Source: a virus (Duplodnaviria > Caudoviricetes). Taken from it: 64,000 nt of DNA. A program made the position numbers and the translations under genes. Numbering within the stretch: the stretch's first letter is position 1; each line of letters opens with the position of its first letter. The notes under the pieces are model-generated. The model was not told the origin of the DNA. It did not search any database and saw only the letters and a list, made by a program, of their open reading frames with translations. Below are positions 29,774 through 38,892 of the stretch, one piece after another. The DNA lies in the IMG/VR virus record IMGVR_UViG_2848385391_000003. One strand, given 5' to 3'.

Positions 29774-30427
29774 ATGTCTTATGAATCACTGCTTATCTGG
29801 CAGTATAAGGGCAAGCCCAAAGCACGCGCCACCGCACAACTGATTGATCACTATTTTAGTGACACATGGCAGGGTCTCGCCGATCTACCCAATGCCCTCC
29901 ATATTGAGATCGCTTCAGGCAAAAACCTAGACCTAGTGGGCCAACATGTCGGGCAATCCCGTGTCTTGTCAGGTCTGGCCCCTCGCAGTTTGTTCGGTTT
30001 TGAGCGCGCACCAGGCGCTCAAGGTTTGAGTCGAACCGGTTTAGGCGGCGGCAAATGGTATCGTAAGGGCGATGTCATTACCGATTCCGTCGTGCTCGAT
30101 GACGATGATTTTCGCTTTCTCATCAAATGCCGCATCGCCAAAAACCATATGACGGGCACCCTCCCTGACATTACACACGCGCTGGATTTTATCTTTGGCG
30201 GGCAAGCCAGTGTCTATGATCAGTTCGACATGAGTTTCACCGTCACCATTCGCAGCGATCAAATCACCGCCTTTAAACGCTATGCAATTCAGACGCTCGA
30301 TATTCTGCCCCGACCCGCAGGCGTCAACGTCAACTATGTCGTTTTAGCCAACATTACCGCTTTCGGATTCGCCAACTCACCTGGCGCATTCGCTTTTAAC
30401 CATGGAAAATTTGCGAGGTATTTATGA
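29774..30427 (+). CDS. Baseplate wedge protein (DUF2612-like)
   Basis: LIWQYKGKPKA, GKNLDLVGQHVG, ILPRPAGV. Confidence 0.8.
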   Translation: MSYESLLIWQYKGKPKARATAQLIDHYFSDTWQGLADLPNALHIEIASGKNLDLVGQHVGQSRVLSGLAPRSLFGFERAPGAQGLSRTGLGGGKWYRKGDVITDSVVLDDDDFRFLIKCRIAKNHMTGTLPDITHALDFIFGGQASVYDQFDMSFTVTIRSDQITAFKRYAIQTLDILPRPAGVNVNYVVLANITAFGFANSPGAFAFNHGKFARYL

Positions 30428-31413
30428 CTCTTTATGCACGTCCTGATGAACACGTCTTTGCTCAGGGTGCGCGCCCTGGAGAAGTTCAACCCTTTCCCGA
30501 TCTTTCCAGAGGGTGGGGCGTTGCCTTTGACCAGACTGGCGGCATCCCACCGATGGAATGGTTTAATTTTATTGGCAAACGCGCTGATGAAGCCATTCGC
30601 TATCTGATGCAACGCGGCTTGCCCGAATGGTCTGAGACAGAAGACTATCCTGAAGGCAGTTATATTCAATATTCTGGTAAAACCTATCGCGCCAAAGTAG
30701 CGAATAAGGGTAAAACGCCTTCAACTCATTTAGCCGAATGGGAAGAATGGGGTCTTACGCGTGAAGCGCTCAATGCGCACTTTCACCCCAAAGATGGGGA
30801 GTTGGCTTGGTCCAAAATCACCAAAACGCCAACAACATTAGACGGTTACGGTATTACCAATGCCGCTACGGCTCAAGATGTGGAACACCGCTTCTCCGAA
30901 ATCCATCAGCGCTTTCATCCTAAAAATGGTCCATTGCCTTGGGCAAAAATTTCTGACAAACCCACAACGCTCAGCGGATACGGCATTACAGATGCTGCGC
31001 CCATTGCGAACCCCGCTTTCTCCGGACAGCCTACCGCACCCACTCCGTCAGCTCAAGACAGGAGTACCCGTATCGCTACCACCGCTTCCACCTGGGCCAC
31101 CCTTCTTAGCCTGTTTACTGGACCTGACCGACAATCCTTTCAAGGCAACGGGTTCCAGAAACTTCCAGGTGGCCTCATTCTCCAATGGGGTTTCACCTCT
31201 ACCCACGGCAATGGAATGTCTAATGTGATTTTCCCTGTCAAGTTTTCAACGAAATGTCTGGCCATTCATGGCACTCATCTCGGCACTGGATGTGCAACCG
31301 TCATCGAATATGTCGGGACTCGAACCAATATCGGCGCCACATTGCGCACTCTCGATGAAAATGCCATGACCCGCGCAGGATGGGGCCTTCATTGGTTTGC
31401 TATTGGACATTAA
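30424..31413 (+). CDS. Tail fibre protein
   Basis: Two PTTL.GYGIT.A repeats and C-terminal FQKLPGGLILQWG. Confidence 0.85.
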   Translation: MTLYARPDEHVFAQGARPGEVQPFPDLSRGWGVAFDQTGGIPPMEWFNFIGKRADEAIRYLMQRGLPEWSETEDYPEGSYIQYSGKTYRAKVANKGKTPSTHLAEWEEWGLTREALNAHFHPKDGELAWSKITKTPTTLDGYGITNAATAQDVEHRFSEIHQRFHPKNGPLPWAKISDKPTTLSGYGITDAAPIANPAFSGQPTAPTPSAQDRSTRIATTASTWATLLSLFTGPDRQSFQGNGFQKLPGGLILQWGFTSTHGNGMSNVIFPVKFSTKCLAIHGTHLGTGCATVIEYVGTRTNIGATLRTLDENAMTRAGWGLHWFAIGH

Positions 31414-31465
31414 TTTGCCCTCTCATGTCTATTCTTCTGTTTTCTATTTAAACCCACTTCATCGT

Positions 31466-31885
31466 ATGACTTTTTATTATTCAAAATCAGAACCCGGATT
31501 TTACTGCGTCGGGATACATGGCGATAACATCCCTAAAGATGCTGTCTCTATTACTCAAGAAGAGCACACCGCATTGCTCAATGCCCAATCCAAAGGTAAA
31601 TGGATCCAGTCTAATGAGAACGGCTACCCAGTGGCTGTTGACCCGCCTCCACTTACCCCTGAGGAGTGGGCCGACATTAATTTACGCTGTCGACAGGCTC
31701 GGTTGAGTCAAGCGGCTTTAAAAGTCGCTCCTTTACAAGATGCCGTAGACCTCAACATCGCCACGGATGACGAAAAACAGCTTCTCAAAGAATGGAAACT
31801 TTATCGAGTTGCTCTCAACCGCATTGAGCAGCACTCTAGCCTTTCCGCCGAGATCGAATGGCCTAAACCGCCTGATGAGAATTGA
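31466..31885 (+). CDS. Tail fibre assembly chaperone
   Basis: PLQDAVDL.IAT..E..L.EWK.YRV.LNRI..WP.PP. Confidence 0.88.
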   Translation: MTFYYSKSEPGFYCVGIHGDNIPKDAVSITQEEHTALLNAQSKGKWIQSNENGYPVAVDPPPLTPEEWADINLRCRQARLSQAALKVAPLQDAVDLNIATDDEKQLLKEWKLYRVALNRIEQHSSLSAEIEWPKPPDEN

Positions 31886-31903
31886 ACCCATTGATATTGT
31901 GTC

Positions 31904-31928
31904 GACCGCCTTAGAGCGGTCTTTTTTT
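31904..31928 (+). terminator. Intrinsic terminator before the lysis genes
   Basis: GACCGC-loop-GCGGTC followed by T7. Confidence 0.7.
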
Positions 31929-31947
31929 CGTCTACACACCTCTATAT

Positions 31948-32373
31948 ATGACCGACACCTTTGACAGGGCCACACTCGTTTCAGAGCTTAAACGCGATGA
32001 AGGCGAGCGCTTGAAACCCTACTTCGATACCGTCGGCAAAATCACCATCGGCGTCGGGCGCAATTTGACGGATGGGGGCATCTCTCAAAGCGAATCCGAG
32101 ATCCTTTTGCATAACGATATTGCACGAACGCTTAGATGGCTGGATCGGAATTTACCCTGGTGGCGCACGCTAGATACAGTGCGGCAACGTGTGCTCATCC
32201 ATATGGCCTTTAACCTGGGCGGCAATCTTCTGACCTTTGTTCATACTCTAGATGCCATGCAACGCAACGACTACGCAGCCGCGGCTAACGGCATGCTCGC
32301 ATCCAAATGGGCGAATCAGGTCGGCCAACGAGCACGGCGCCTAGCTAATATGATGCGCACCGGAAAAATTTAA
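31948..32373 (+). CDS. Endolysin, T4-type lysozyme fold
   Basis: DEG...Y.DT.G..TIGVGRNL (E-x8-D-x5-T triad); SKWA.QVG.RA. Confidence 0.9.
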   Translation: MTDTFDRATLVSELKRDEGERLKPYFDTVGKITIGVGRNLTDGGISQSESEILLHNDIARTLRWLDRNLPWWRTLDTVRQRVLIHMAFNLGGNLLTFVHTLDAMQRNDYAAAANGMLASKWANQVGQRARRLANMMRTGKI

Positions 32374-32389
32374 CTCTCAACATCAAAAA

Positions 32390-32680
32390 ATGAATCTTCA
32401 CGAACATGACCGAATGCTTGCCATATTGGCTGCGATGGGTGCTGTGCTTGGGATTGGTAAATTGCTCAATGGCGGCGAGAAAATTACCGCTCGGCTGATT
32501 ATCGGGCGCATGATTGTGGGTGCGGGCTTAAGCGTCGCCGCCAGCTCCACCCTCATGCTTCTGCCTGAACTTTCTCCGATCGCTGTCACAGGCCTCGGCG
32601 CAGCACTCGGCATTCTCGGCCAGTCCTATTTGGAAATGGCTGTACAACGCTGGTTTGGGAAACGCTCAAATGCTAACTAA
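32390..32680 (+). CDS. Holin
   Basis: 96 aa, several hydrophobic segments, basic C-terminus, lysis-cassette position. Confidence 0.8.
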   Translation: MNLHEHDRMLAILAAMGAVLGIGKLLNGGEKITARLIIGRMIVGAGLSVAASSTLMLLPELSPIAVTGLGAALGILGQSYLEMAVQRWFGKRSNAN

Positions 32681-33194
32681 TTGGCTTGCCGGTCCGTCGC
32701 GCCTATTGTGCGTCGCAGCAACCGCTTTCAGTTTTGGCGTAGGGTGCGCGGGTTTTTTGTATTACAACCCACGCATTCAGAAAGAACGCTCAGCGCTAGT
32801 GCACTATAAAGCTCAACTCACCATGGCCCAAGCTCAATTGATTGAAGCCCAAACCAAAGTCATCATCCAAACCGAAATTCAATACCGCGACCGCATCAAA
32901 ATCGTCAAAGAAAAAGGCGACACGATTATTAAGGAAGTGCCCATCTATGTTAATCAAGCTGATACTGACCATTTCGGCGTTAACGTTGGCTTCGTGCGCC
33001 ACCACAACGCAGCCTTTGCCAACGAGTCTGCCGGACCTGCCGCCCACTTTGACCGAGAACCCGCCGGAATTTCGCTTGCTGAGATTGCCGAAGTCAACGC
33101 TTTTAACGCCAACGTCTGCTGGCAATGGCGGGAACAAGCGCTTAGATTAAGAGCATTTTACCGGCAGTTACAGCATATACACTCTATGCCATAA
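32670..33194 (+). CDS. Inner-membrane spanin (Rz-like)
   Basis: N-terminal TM and coiled coil, hosts an embedded lipoprotein ORF. Confidence 0.75.
   Translation: MLTNWLAGPSRLLCVAATAFSFGVGCAGFLYYNPRIQKERSALVHYKAQLTMAQAQLIEAQTKVIIQTEIQYRDRIKIVKEKGDTIIKEVPIYVNQADTDHFGVNVGFVRHHNAAFANESAGPAAHFDREPAGISLAEIAEVNAFNANVCWQWREQALRLRAFYRQLQHIHSMP
32947..33150 (+). CDS. Outer-membrane spanin (Rz1-like lipoprotein), embedded
   Basis: MLIKLILTISALTLASC signal with lipobox LASC, Pro-rich mature part, +1 frame inside Rz. Confidence 0.8.
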   Translation: MLIKLILTISALTLASCATTTQPLPTSLPDLPPTLTENPPEFRLLRLPKSTLLTPTSAGNGGNKRLD

Positions 33195-33390
33195 CGCGCT
33201 ATACTGAGATCCAGCGATCCGACCTATTTTTCTATCGGCGATTGAAACTCTACCAGCGAGCCTCACAACGCCTCATACTCGGCAATTAGAACCCTGTAGG
33301 CAGATCGCTTAGCTCATTACAGCACGCGCTTACGCTCTTCCTTACCTAAACGCTCCTGCTCTGTACCAGCATAACTTGCGCTTATCAAAT

Positions 33391-36300
33391 TTACGCTAAC
33401 ACAGCACCTCGCTGCTTTAACAGCTTACCATTCATTTCGCTTAACCCTTCCACTCCTTCTATTAACGCTCCTCTCACTGTCAAAAAATTATGACCCGTAC
33501 TCCACCTGAAATACGCCTTATATTTCCCCTCTTCTTTTCGCAATTCCCATTGCCGAACAGAGTTATCTAGACTACCTATCCCTAAATAGTGAATACCCGA
33601 TGCCTCTTTCCAGGCAAGGCTTGCAATCGGTCCACTATCTTCAATCAGTATTTGGCACTCTCCCGTTTGGGGGTCCCACAGCCGCACCGTAGTGTCAGAA
33701 CTCCCCGACGCTACCTGATCTCCTCTCGGCGAATACGCTACGCTAAAAACTCTATCTGTATGCCCTTCTAACTTCTGCTTCTGCTCTCCGCTTTCTATAT
33801 CCCACAGCCGCACCGTCTTATCTACACTCCCCGACGCGACCTGATCTCCTCTCGGCGAATACGCTACGCTATAAACTCTATCTGTATGCCCTTCTAACTT
33901 CTGCTTCTGCTCTCCGCTTTCTATATCCCACAGCCGTACCGTCTTATCTTCACTCCCCGACGCGACCTGATCTCCTCTCGGCGAATACGCTACGCTCAAA
34001 ACTCTATCTGTATGCCCTTCTAAATTCTGCTTCTGCTCTCCGCTTTCTATATCCCACAGCCGTACCGTATTGTCTTCACTCCCAGACGCGACCTGATCTC
34101 CTCTCGGCGAATACGCTACGCTATAAACTCTATCTGTGTGCCCTTCTAAATTCTGCTTCTGCTCTCCGCTTTCTATATCCCACAGCCGCACCGTATTGTC
34201 CCAACTACCCGACGCTACCTGATCTCCTCTCGGCGAATACGCTACGCTAAAAACTATATCTGTATGCCCTTCTAACTTCTGCTTCTGCTCTCCGCTTTCT
34301 ATATCCCACAGCCGTACCGTATTGTCTTCACTCCCAGACGCTACCTGATCTCCTCTCGGCGAATACACTACGCTCAAAACTCTATCTGTGTGCCCTTCTA
34401 AATTCTGCTTCTGCTCTCCGCTTTCTATATCCCACAGCCGCACCGTATTGTCCAAACTCCCCGACGCTACCTGATCTCCTCTCGGCGAATACACTACGCT
34501 CAAAACTATATCTGTATGCCCTTCTAACTTCTGCTTCTGCTCTCCGCTTTCTATATCCCACAGCCGCACCGTATTGTCCAAACTCCCCGAAGCGACCTGA
34601 TCTCCTCTCGGCGAATACGCTACGCTAAAAACTACATCTGTATGCCCTTCTAACTTCTGCTTCTGCTCTCCGCTTTCTATATCCCACAGCCTTACCGTAT
34701 TGTCAGAACTCCCCGACGCTACCTGATCTCCTCTCGGCGAATACGCTACGCTCACAACTCCATTTGTATGCCCTTCTAACTTCTGCTTCTGCTCTCCGCT
34801 TTCTATATCCCACAGCCGCACCGTATTATCTTGACTCCCCGACGCTAACTGATCTCCTCTCGGCGAATACGCTACGCTAAAAACTATATCTGTATGCCCT
34901 TCTAATTTCTGCTTCTGCTCTCCGCTTTCTATATCCCACAGCCGCACCGTAGTGTCAGAACTCCCAGACGCTACTTGATCTCCTCTCGGCGAATACGCTA
35001 CGCTCACAACTCCATTTGTATGCCCTTCTAAATTCTGCTTCTGCTCTCCGCTTTCTATATCCCACAGCCGCACCGTAGTGTCTAAACTCCCCGACGCTAC
35101 CTGATCTCCTCTCGGCGAATACGCTACGCTAAAAACTACATTTGTATGCCCTTCTAAAGTACGGAGTTTTTCCCAATTCGAGGTCCCGTACACGCTAATC
35201 TTACCGTTTTCAAGCCCTATGGCACAGGTTTTCCCATCGGGTGAATACACACAAGAATATACTTTGCTCTCTCCTTGGATATAGGGCCATTCACCAAACT
35301 GCGCCCCTTCCATTTTTGCCTCGCTTAAATTCGCCTGGCGTAACCAACTTTTGCGTAAATTCACCTTCCTTAAATCTGCCCCTTGCAGTTCAGCAGAATC
35401 AAATAACCCATAGCTCAAATCCGCTCCAGGTATCCGGATTCTATTTAAATCCCACCCAGTAAACGGCACCCCTGCTTTCACCAAGATCGTCATCGCATTC
35501 GCCGCACCCCGACTCACAAAATCTGTCTGCGTTGAGCCTTTGAGCCAGACCAGCAGGGGTTTCACCAGCGCTTTGTTCTGTTGCACACGCTCCACTAAAA
35601 ACCGCTGAACCCCTGCATCCTCCACCAGATTAAATCGGTTCAATAATCCTTCCGGATTTACCTGATCCGAGTCATTCAGCGTTTTCCAGAGCGCCTGGAC
35701 ATTCCTCATTCCGCTCGAGGATTCGCATGCGCCCCCTCCTGCCGCCTCTTCCAGTTCTTGCCACATCCCACGCGCCACCAGATAATCCTGAATCGATTTA
35801 TGGATAAACCGATATTGATCTCCTTGGCGAATTAACGGCGCATTAAACCGCAACAGCCGCGTCTTTTCTTCTGCGTCCCCTAAATACTGCGCTCGCCAAC
35901 CCCCTTTTTTTCCATCCTTCGCTTCTGAATACGTGACCGACACCAACTGCTCTTCATACATCGCTAACGCCAGATTTTGACTATACTCCAAGCCGTGCAG
36001 TGTAAATTCATCATCCAGATCCTCAAACGCTTCCTGCTCCTTAGGTTTGAGTGGGATGCGCGCCAACCTTTCCTGTGATCGGTTGAACCAATTTTCCACG
36101 GACCTCTCATATAACCCCATACGCGTCAGCTTCGAGTGCTCTTCCTCCGCTTTTAGGCTCGGCAACACCTCTAACGTCATTTTCAACATAAACGGCGTGC
36201 GCACTAATTCTTTTAACTCTGCGATTTCTTTAAATAACTGTTTGTAATCCTCTGCTTTCCACTTCGGTTTCGTATAACTCACATATTGATCAATATAGTG

Positions 36301-38454
36301 CTCTATCGATGCATCCGAAAACGACGACAACCGATATTCTTCCAATGCGCCAGGTCTGCCTATTGGATGAAACTTATTTTGATAATGATCTCCTAAATAT
36401 TCCGGCCGGCTGCTGATAATCACTTTCGCTTGCCAACGCTCTAGTTTATTATCCGCATAGAAGGCGCGTGAACGTTGCGCTATTTCGTCATACCCATCCA
36501 GAATAAAAATAAACCGACCACCTTTACGTAAATTTTCTATCTCGGGTTTCGATAAACCTTGTTCTTCCAGATATTGTTCGATCAAATTTCTGCCAGGGTT
36601 CTCTAGCGTAGCCAATGATATGAATAACGGGATTGGCCTGTCTTGGGTATTTTCCGCTTGGATATAGTCTTTCCATAACCGACGTGCCATGTGACGATTA
36701 AATGTTGACTTACCGCTCCCCCCTTCACCTAACAGCAATAAGACTTTTTTATCCGAATCCAAAAACGCATTGACCTTCTCTTCTAAATCAAAATGTTCTG
36801 TCGCCTCCGCTGTGAGCTTACCTTGCGGTGCAACATACATCGCCAAACCATCCTGGATTTCTCCAAGCTCTTCCCAGTCCTTGAAATATTCTGCCTGGAT
36901 ACTTTCACCTAAAATCGCAAGTGGCTCTTTCTTCGATTTCAGTTCTTTTTCTTGCTGATGCTTCAATTGTTGATGGAGTTGCTGCACGGTAAGGGCAAGC
37001 TCGTTGTGTAACGCTTTCCGTATATCATCGAAAATACTGTCTACGAGTTGGGTAAACTCAAGCCCATCAAACTTTGAATCGGTCTTCAAATGCGAAATAC
37101 AATCACTGTACCCCTGCCAAAACTTATTCAGAAACGTTTGGGCTTCGTCACTACCCGCTAACAGCCGCTCGATCAGCTTAAAGAGCACCCCATGCCGACT
37201 TTGATTCGCATACACTTCTCGCCCTGCTTGCACTTGTTCTTCAAAGCGCGGTATGTCTTCCATCCGAACCGCTGTCGCTGAAACAAAATCTGACAAGCAC
37301 GCATCGTAGCTATTCAAGGTTAACGCAACCGGAATAATCCCATGCTTATCTTTAAGCTCTTCTGCTCGGATTTGCAAAAATGCCATTTCTGTCAATACAT
37401 GATGGAACCCGGCCTTATAGCTTTCCTCTTGCGAGAATTCTCTGACCACCTCACGTATCGCCATCGCGCTATCTTGCTCACTATCTTTCAGATACGCTTC
37501 TCGATCTTTGCGATACGCCTCTCGCAGTTTCTGATAAAAGTGGCCATAATCCGACCACTTTAGATAACTTCCCAATACCTCAGAACAACACACCGTGACC
37601 TTATCGACCGGGGTCACATCGCCTCGCAACCGCCCCGGTAATAGACACAGCTGATTGGTTAAAATATCTTCTAGCTTGCCGTCCTTTTTCAGATCTCTCG
37701 AAACACTTGAATACGGTTGCCCCATCGGCGTTTGATCCGAATACAAAATCACTTGAATTTGAGAGAGCTTTTCAATTAAATATTTAGAGGTAGAGGCCTC
37801 AGCCTTTCCGTGGGCTGGATTGTCATGCGCATATACTAAAAACAGGCTGGGTTTATTCGCGACCTTTAAGGCTCCCAGCGTCGACAGCGCCTTTTCAAAC
37901 AGGTAATCCATCTGCTTGCTTTTTTCTTCGATAGACACATCAACCTCTCGTTGCGGAGGCGTTAGACTCAGTTTTGAAGGCCGCGCATTTGCAACCCACT
38001 CTTTTGTTGGATCCAGTTGTTTTCTATTCCCCTCGCTCACACTCTCATTTTTAATTAAAAATGAGCTGTACCGTGCGCTTATTTGTTGATGCAACATTCG
38101 CGCGCCAGTTTGCTTCATATCCATATAAGGCGCGTACTCTAACGCCTTTTTATAATTCTCCTCAGCGCCGAATTTATCGTCTTTGCGTAGAAAAGTGCCA
38201 TAGTAAAAATGGCTTGCGGCAAGTTGCTCTCTTATTTTTCTTAAGTCAGACTCATTTTGAGTGCTTTGCAGCACGTCTTCTGCTTTGCGAATGCCTCCTT
38301 CAAAGCAGTCCTTTGCTTTCTCTAGATCTCCTTGCTTCTCATAGCGCGTTGCTTCCTCTCGAAGCTTATTAGCTGCTGACAAGCCAGAAACTGAAATGGG
38401 TGTCGTATTAACCTCTCTACTCCCAATCCCCCTCAATGCATTCAAATTAAACAT
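33391..38454 (-). CDS. NLR-like protein: TPR-like, TIR/SEFIR-like, NACHT, pentapeptide, WD40 x14
   Basis: Walker A GEGGSGKS, Walker B FILDGYDE, ADLS/AELQ/ANLS pentapeptides, 12 GH..WD repeats plus two degenerate blades. Confidence 0.92.
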   Translation of the reverse strand: MFNLNALRGIGSREVNTTPISVSGLSAANKLREEATRYEKQGDLEKAKDCFEGGIRKAEDVLQSTQNESDLRKIREQLAASHFYYGTFLRKDDKFGAEENYKKALEYAPYMDMKQTGARMLHQQISARYSSFLIKNESVSEGNRKQLDPTKEWVANARPSKLSLTPPQREVDVSIEEKSKQMDYLFEKALSTLGALKVANKPSLFLVYAHDNPAHGKAEASTSKYLIEKLSQIQVILYSDQTPMGQPYSSVSRDLKKDGKLEDILTNQLCLLPGRLRGDVTPVDKVTVCCSEVLGSYLKWSDYGHFYQKLREAYRKDREAYLKDSEQDSAMAIREVVREFSQEESYKAGFHHVLTEMAFLQIRAEELKDKHGIIPVALTLNSYDACLSDFVSATAVRMEDIPRFEEQVQAGREVYANQSRHGVLFKLIERLLAGSDEAQTFLNKFWQGYSDCISHLKTDSKFDGLEFTQLVDSIFDDIRKALHNELALTVQQLHQQLKHQQEKELKSKKEPLAILGESIQAEYFKDWEELGEIQDGLAMYVAPQGKLTAEATEHFDLEEKVNAFLDSDKKVLLLLGEGGSGKSTFNRHMARRLWKDYIQAENTQDRPIPLFISLATLENPGRNLIEQYLEEQGLSKPEIENLRKGGRFIFILDGYDEIAQRSRAFYADNKLERWQAKVIISSRPEYLGDHYQNKFHPIGRPGALEEYRLSSFSDASIEHYIDQYVSYTKPKWKAEDYKQLFKEIAELKELVRTPFMLKMTLEVLPSLKAEEEHSKLTRMGLYERSVENWFNRSQERLARIPLKPKEQEAFEDLDDEFTLHGLEYSQNLALAMYEEQLVSVTYSEAKDGKKGGWRAQYLGDAEEKTRLLRFNAPLIRQGDQYRFIHKSIQDYLVARGMWQELEEAAGGGACESSSGMRNVQALWKTLNDSDQVNPEGLLNRFNLVEDAGVQRFLVERVQQNKALVKPLLVWLKGSTQTDFVSRGAANAMTILVKAGVPFTGWDLNRIRIPGADLSYGLFDSAELQGADLRKVNLRKSWLRQANLSEAKMEGAQFGEWPYIQGESKVYSCVYSPDGKTCAIGLENGKISVYGTSNWEKLRTLEGHTNVVFSVAYSPRGDQVASGSLDTTVRLWDIESGEQKQNLEGHTNGVVSVAYSPRGDQVASGSSDTTVRLWDIESGEQKQKLEGHTDIVFSVAYSPRGDQLASGSQDNTVRLWDIESGEQKQKLEGHTNGVVSVAYSPRGDQVASGSSDNTVRLWDIESGEQKQKLEGHTDVVFSVAYSPRGDQVASGSLDNTVRLWDIESGEQKQKLEGHTDIVLSVVYSPRGDQVASGSLDNTVRLWDIESGEQKQNLEGHTDRVLSVVYSPRGDQVASGSEDNTVRLWDIESGEQKQKLEGHTDIVFSVAYSPRGDQVASGSWDNTVRLWDIESGEQKQNLEGHTDRVYSVAYSPRGDQVASGSEDNTVRLWDIESGEQKQNLEGHTDRVLSVAYSPRGDQVASGSEDKTVRLWDIESGEQKQKLEGHTDRVYSVAYSPRGDQVASGSVDKTVRLWDIESGEQKQKLEGHTDRVFSVAYSPRGDQVASGSSDTTVRLWDPQTGECQILIEDSGPIASLAWKEASGIHYLGIGSLDNSVRQWELRKEEGKYKAYFRWSTGHNFLTVRGALIEGVEGLSEMNGKLLKQRGAVLA
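33650..35160 (-). repeat. 12 tandem 126-bp WD40-coding repeats
   Basis: gatctcctctcggcgaatac recurs every 126 bp; 42-aa unit LEGHTxxVxSV(A/V)YSPRGDQVASGSxDxTVRLWDIESGEQKQ. Confidence 0.97.
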
Positions 38455-38806
38455 CTTCTTCCCCTCTTATAACTTATTTAGAACTGCGTGGATAAAAAAC
38501 GCTGCTTACCAGAATAAAAGCAGCGTCTTGTCTTCTCTCCCCCTTATAGGGAATCAGGATCATTCATTTAACGCCACCCAAGCGAGCTCCACTTCACCAG
38601 GAAACCACCTGAATTCACTAAAATTTCGCTGACATCGACGCTATTCCAGCGAAATTTAACCAGCGAAATTTTACGTCAAATTTGCTTCGGAAAACTTATA
38701 CCTAATTCGCCCTAATAAGGCCTAAAAAGCCCTAATTGGGCTATTGCTCCGAAGCAAAAAAACCGCTATCCTGTTGTTTATATTAACTTTTGTTGATTTA
38801 CCTCCA

Positions 38807-38868
38807 GGACTCGAAATCCGGTATACTGGTCCCCAGTATCGAGGGTTCAAATCCCTCCCTTTCCGCCA
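38807..38868 (+). tRNA. 3' half of tRNA-Ser(CGA), att core duplicate (not an intact tRNA)
   Basis: Anticodon loop CTCGAAA, long variable arm ATACTGG/CCAGTAT, T arm GAGGGTTCAAATCCCTC, CCA end; no 5' acceptor strand or D arm. Confidence 0.9.
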
Positions 38869-38892
38869 AAAGCCTGTGTTTATAAGGCTTTT
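38868..38892 (+). terminator. Hairpin after the tRNA fragment
   Basis: AAAAGCCT...AGGCTTTT inverted repeat. Confidence 0.5.

Larger units (their letters stand above)
1..38868. mobile_element. Prophage 1, temperate contractile-tail phage, left end outside window
   Basis: Ordered early, immunity, replication, terminase, head, sheath/baseplate and lysis modules ending at a tRNA-Ser 3' fragment. Confidence 0.93.

Noticed and set aside
21262-31885. Stand-alone tailocin or eCIS
   Set aside because: The tail genes are contiguous with terminase, portal, capsid, replication and immunity genes of a complete prophage
33650-35160. Regular repeats resembling a CRISPR array
   Set aside because: Units are 126 bp, in frame, lack unique spacers and encode WD40 blades; no cas genes in the window
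33650-35160. Diversity-generating retroelement as the source of repeat variation
   Set aside because: No reverse transcriptase or separate template repeat in the window, and the variation does not look confined to adenine positions
38647-38671. PIP/hrpII box for type III regulation
   Set aside because: Minus-strand TTCGC copies are separated by 9 nt, not the canonical 15-16
38807-38868. Intact tRNA-Ser gene
   Set aside because: The 5' acceptor strand and D arm are missing; it is an att-core fragment
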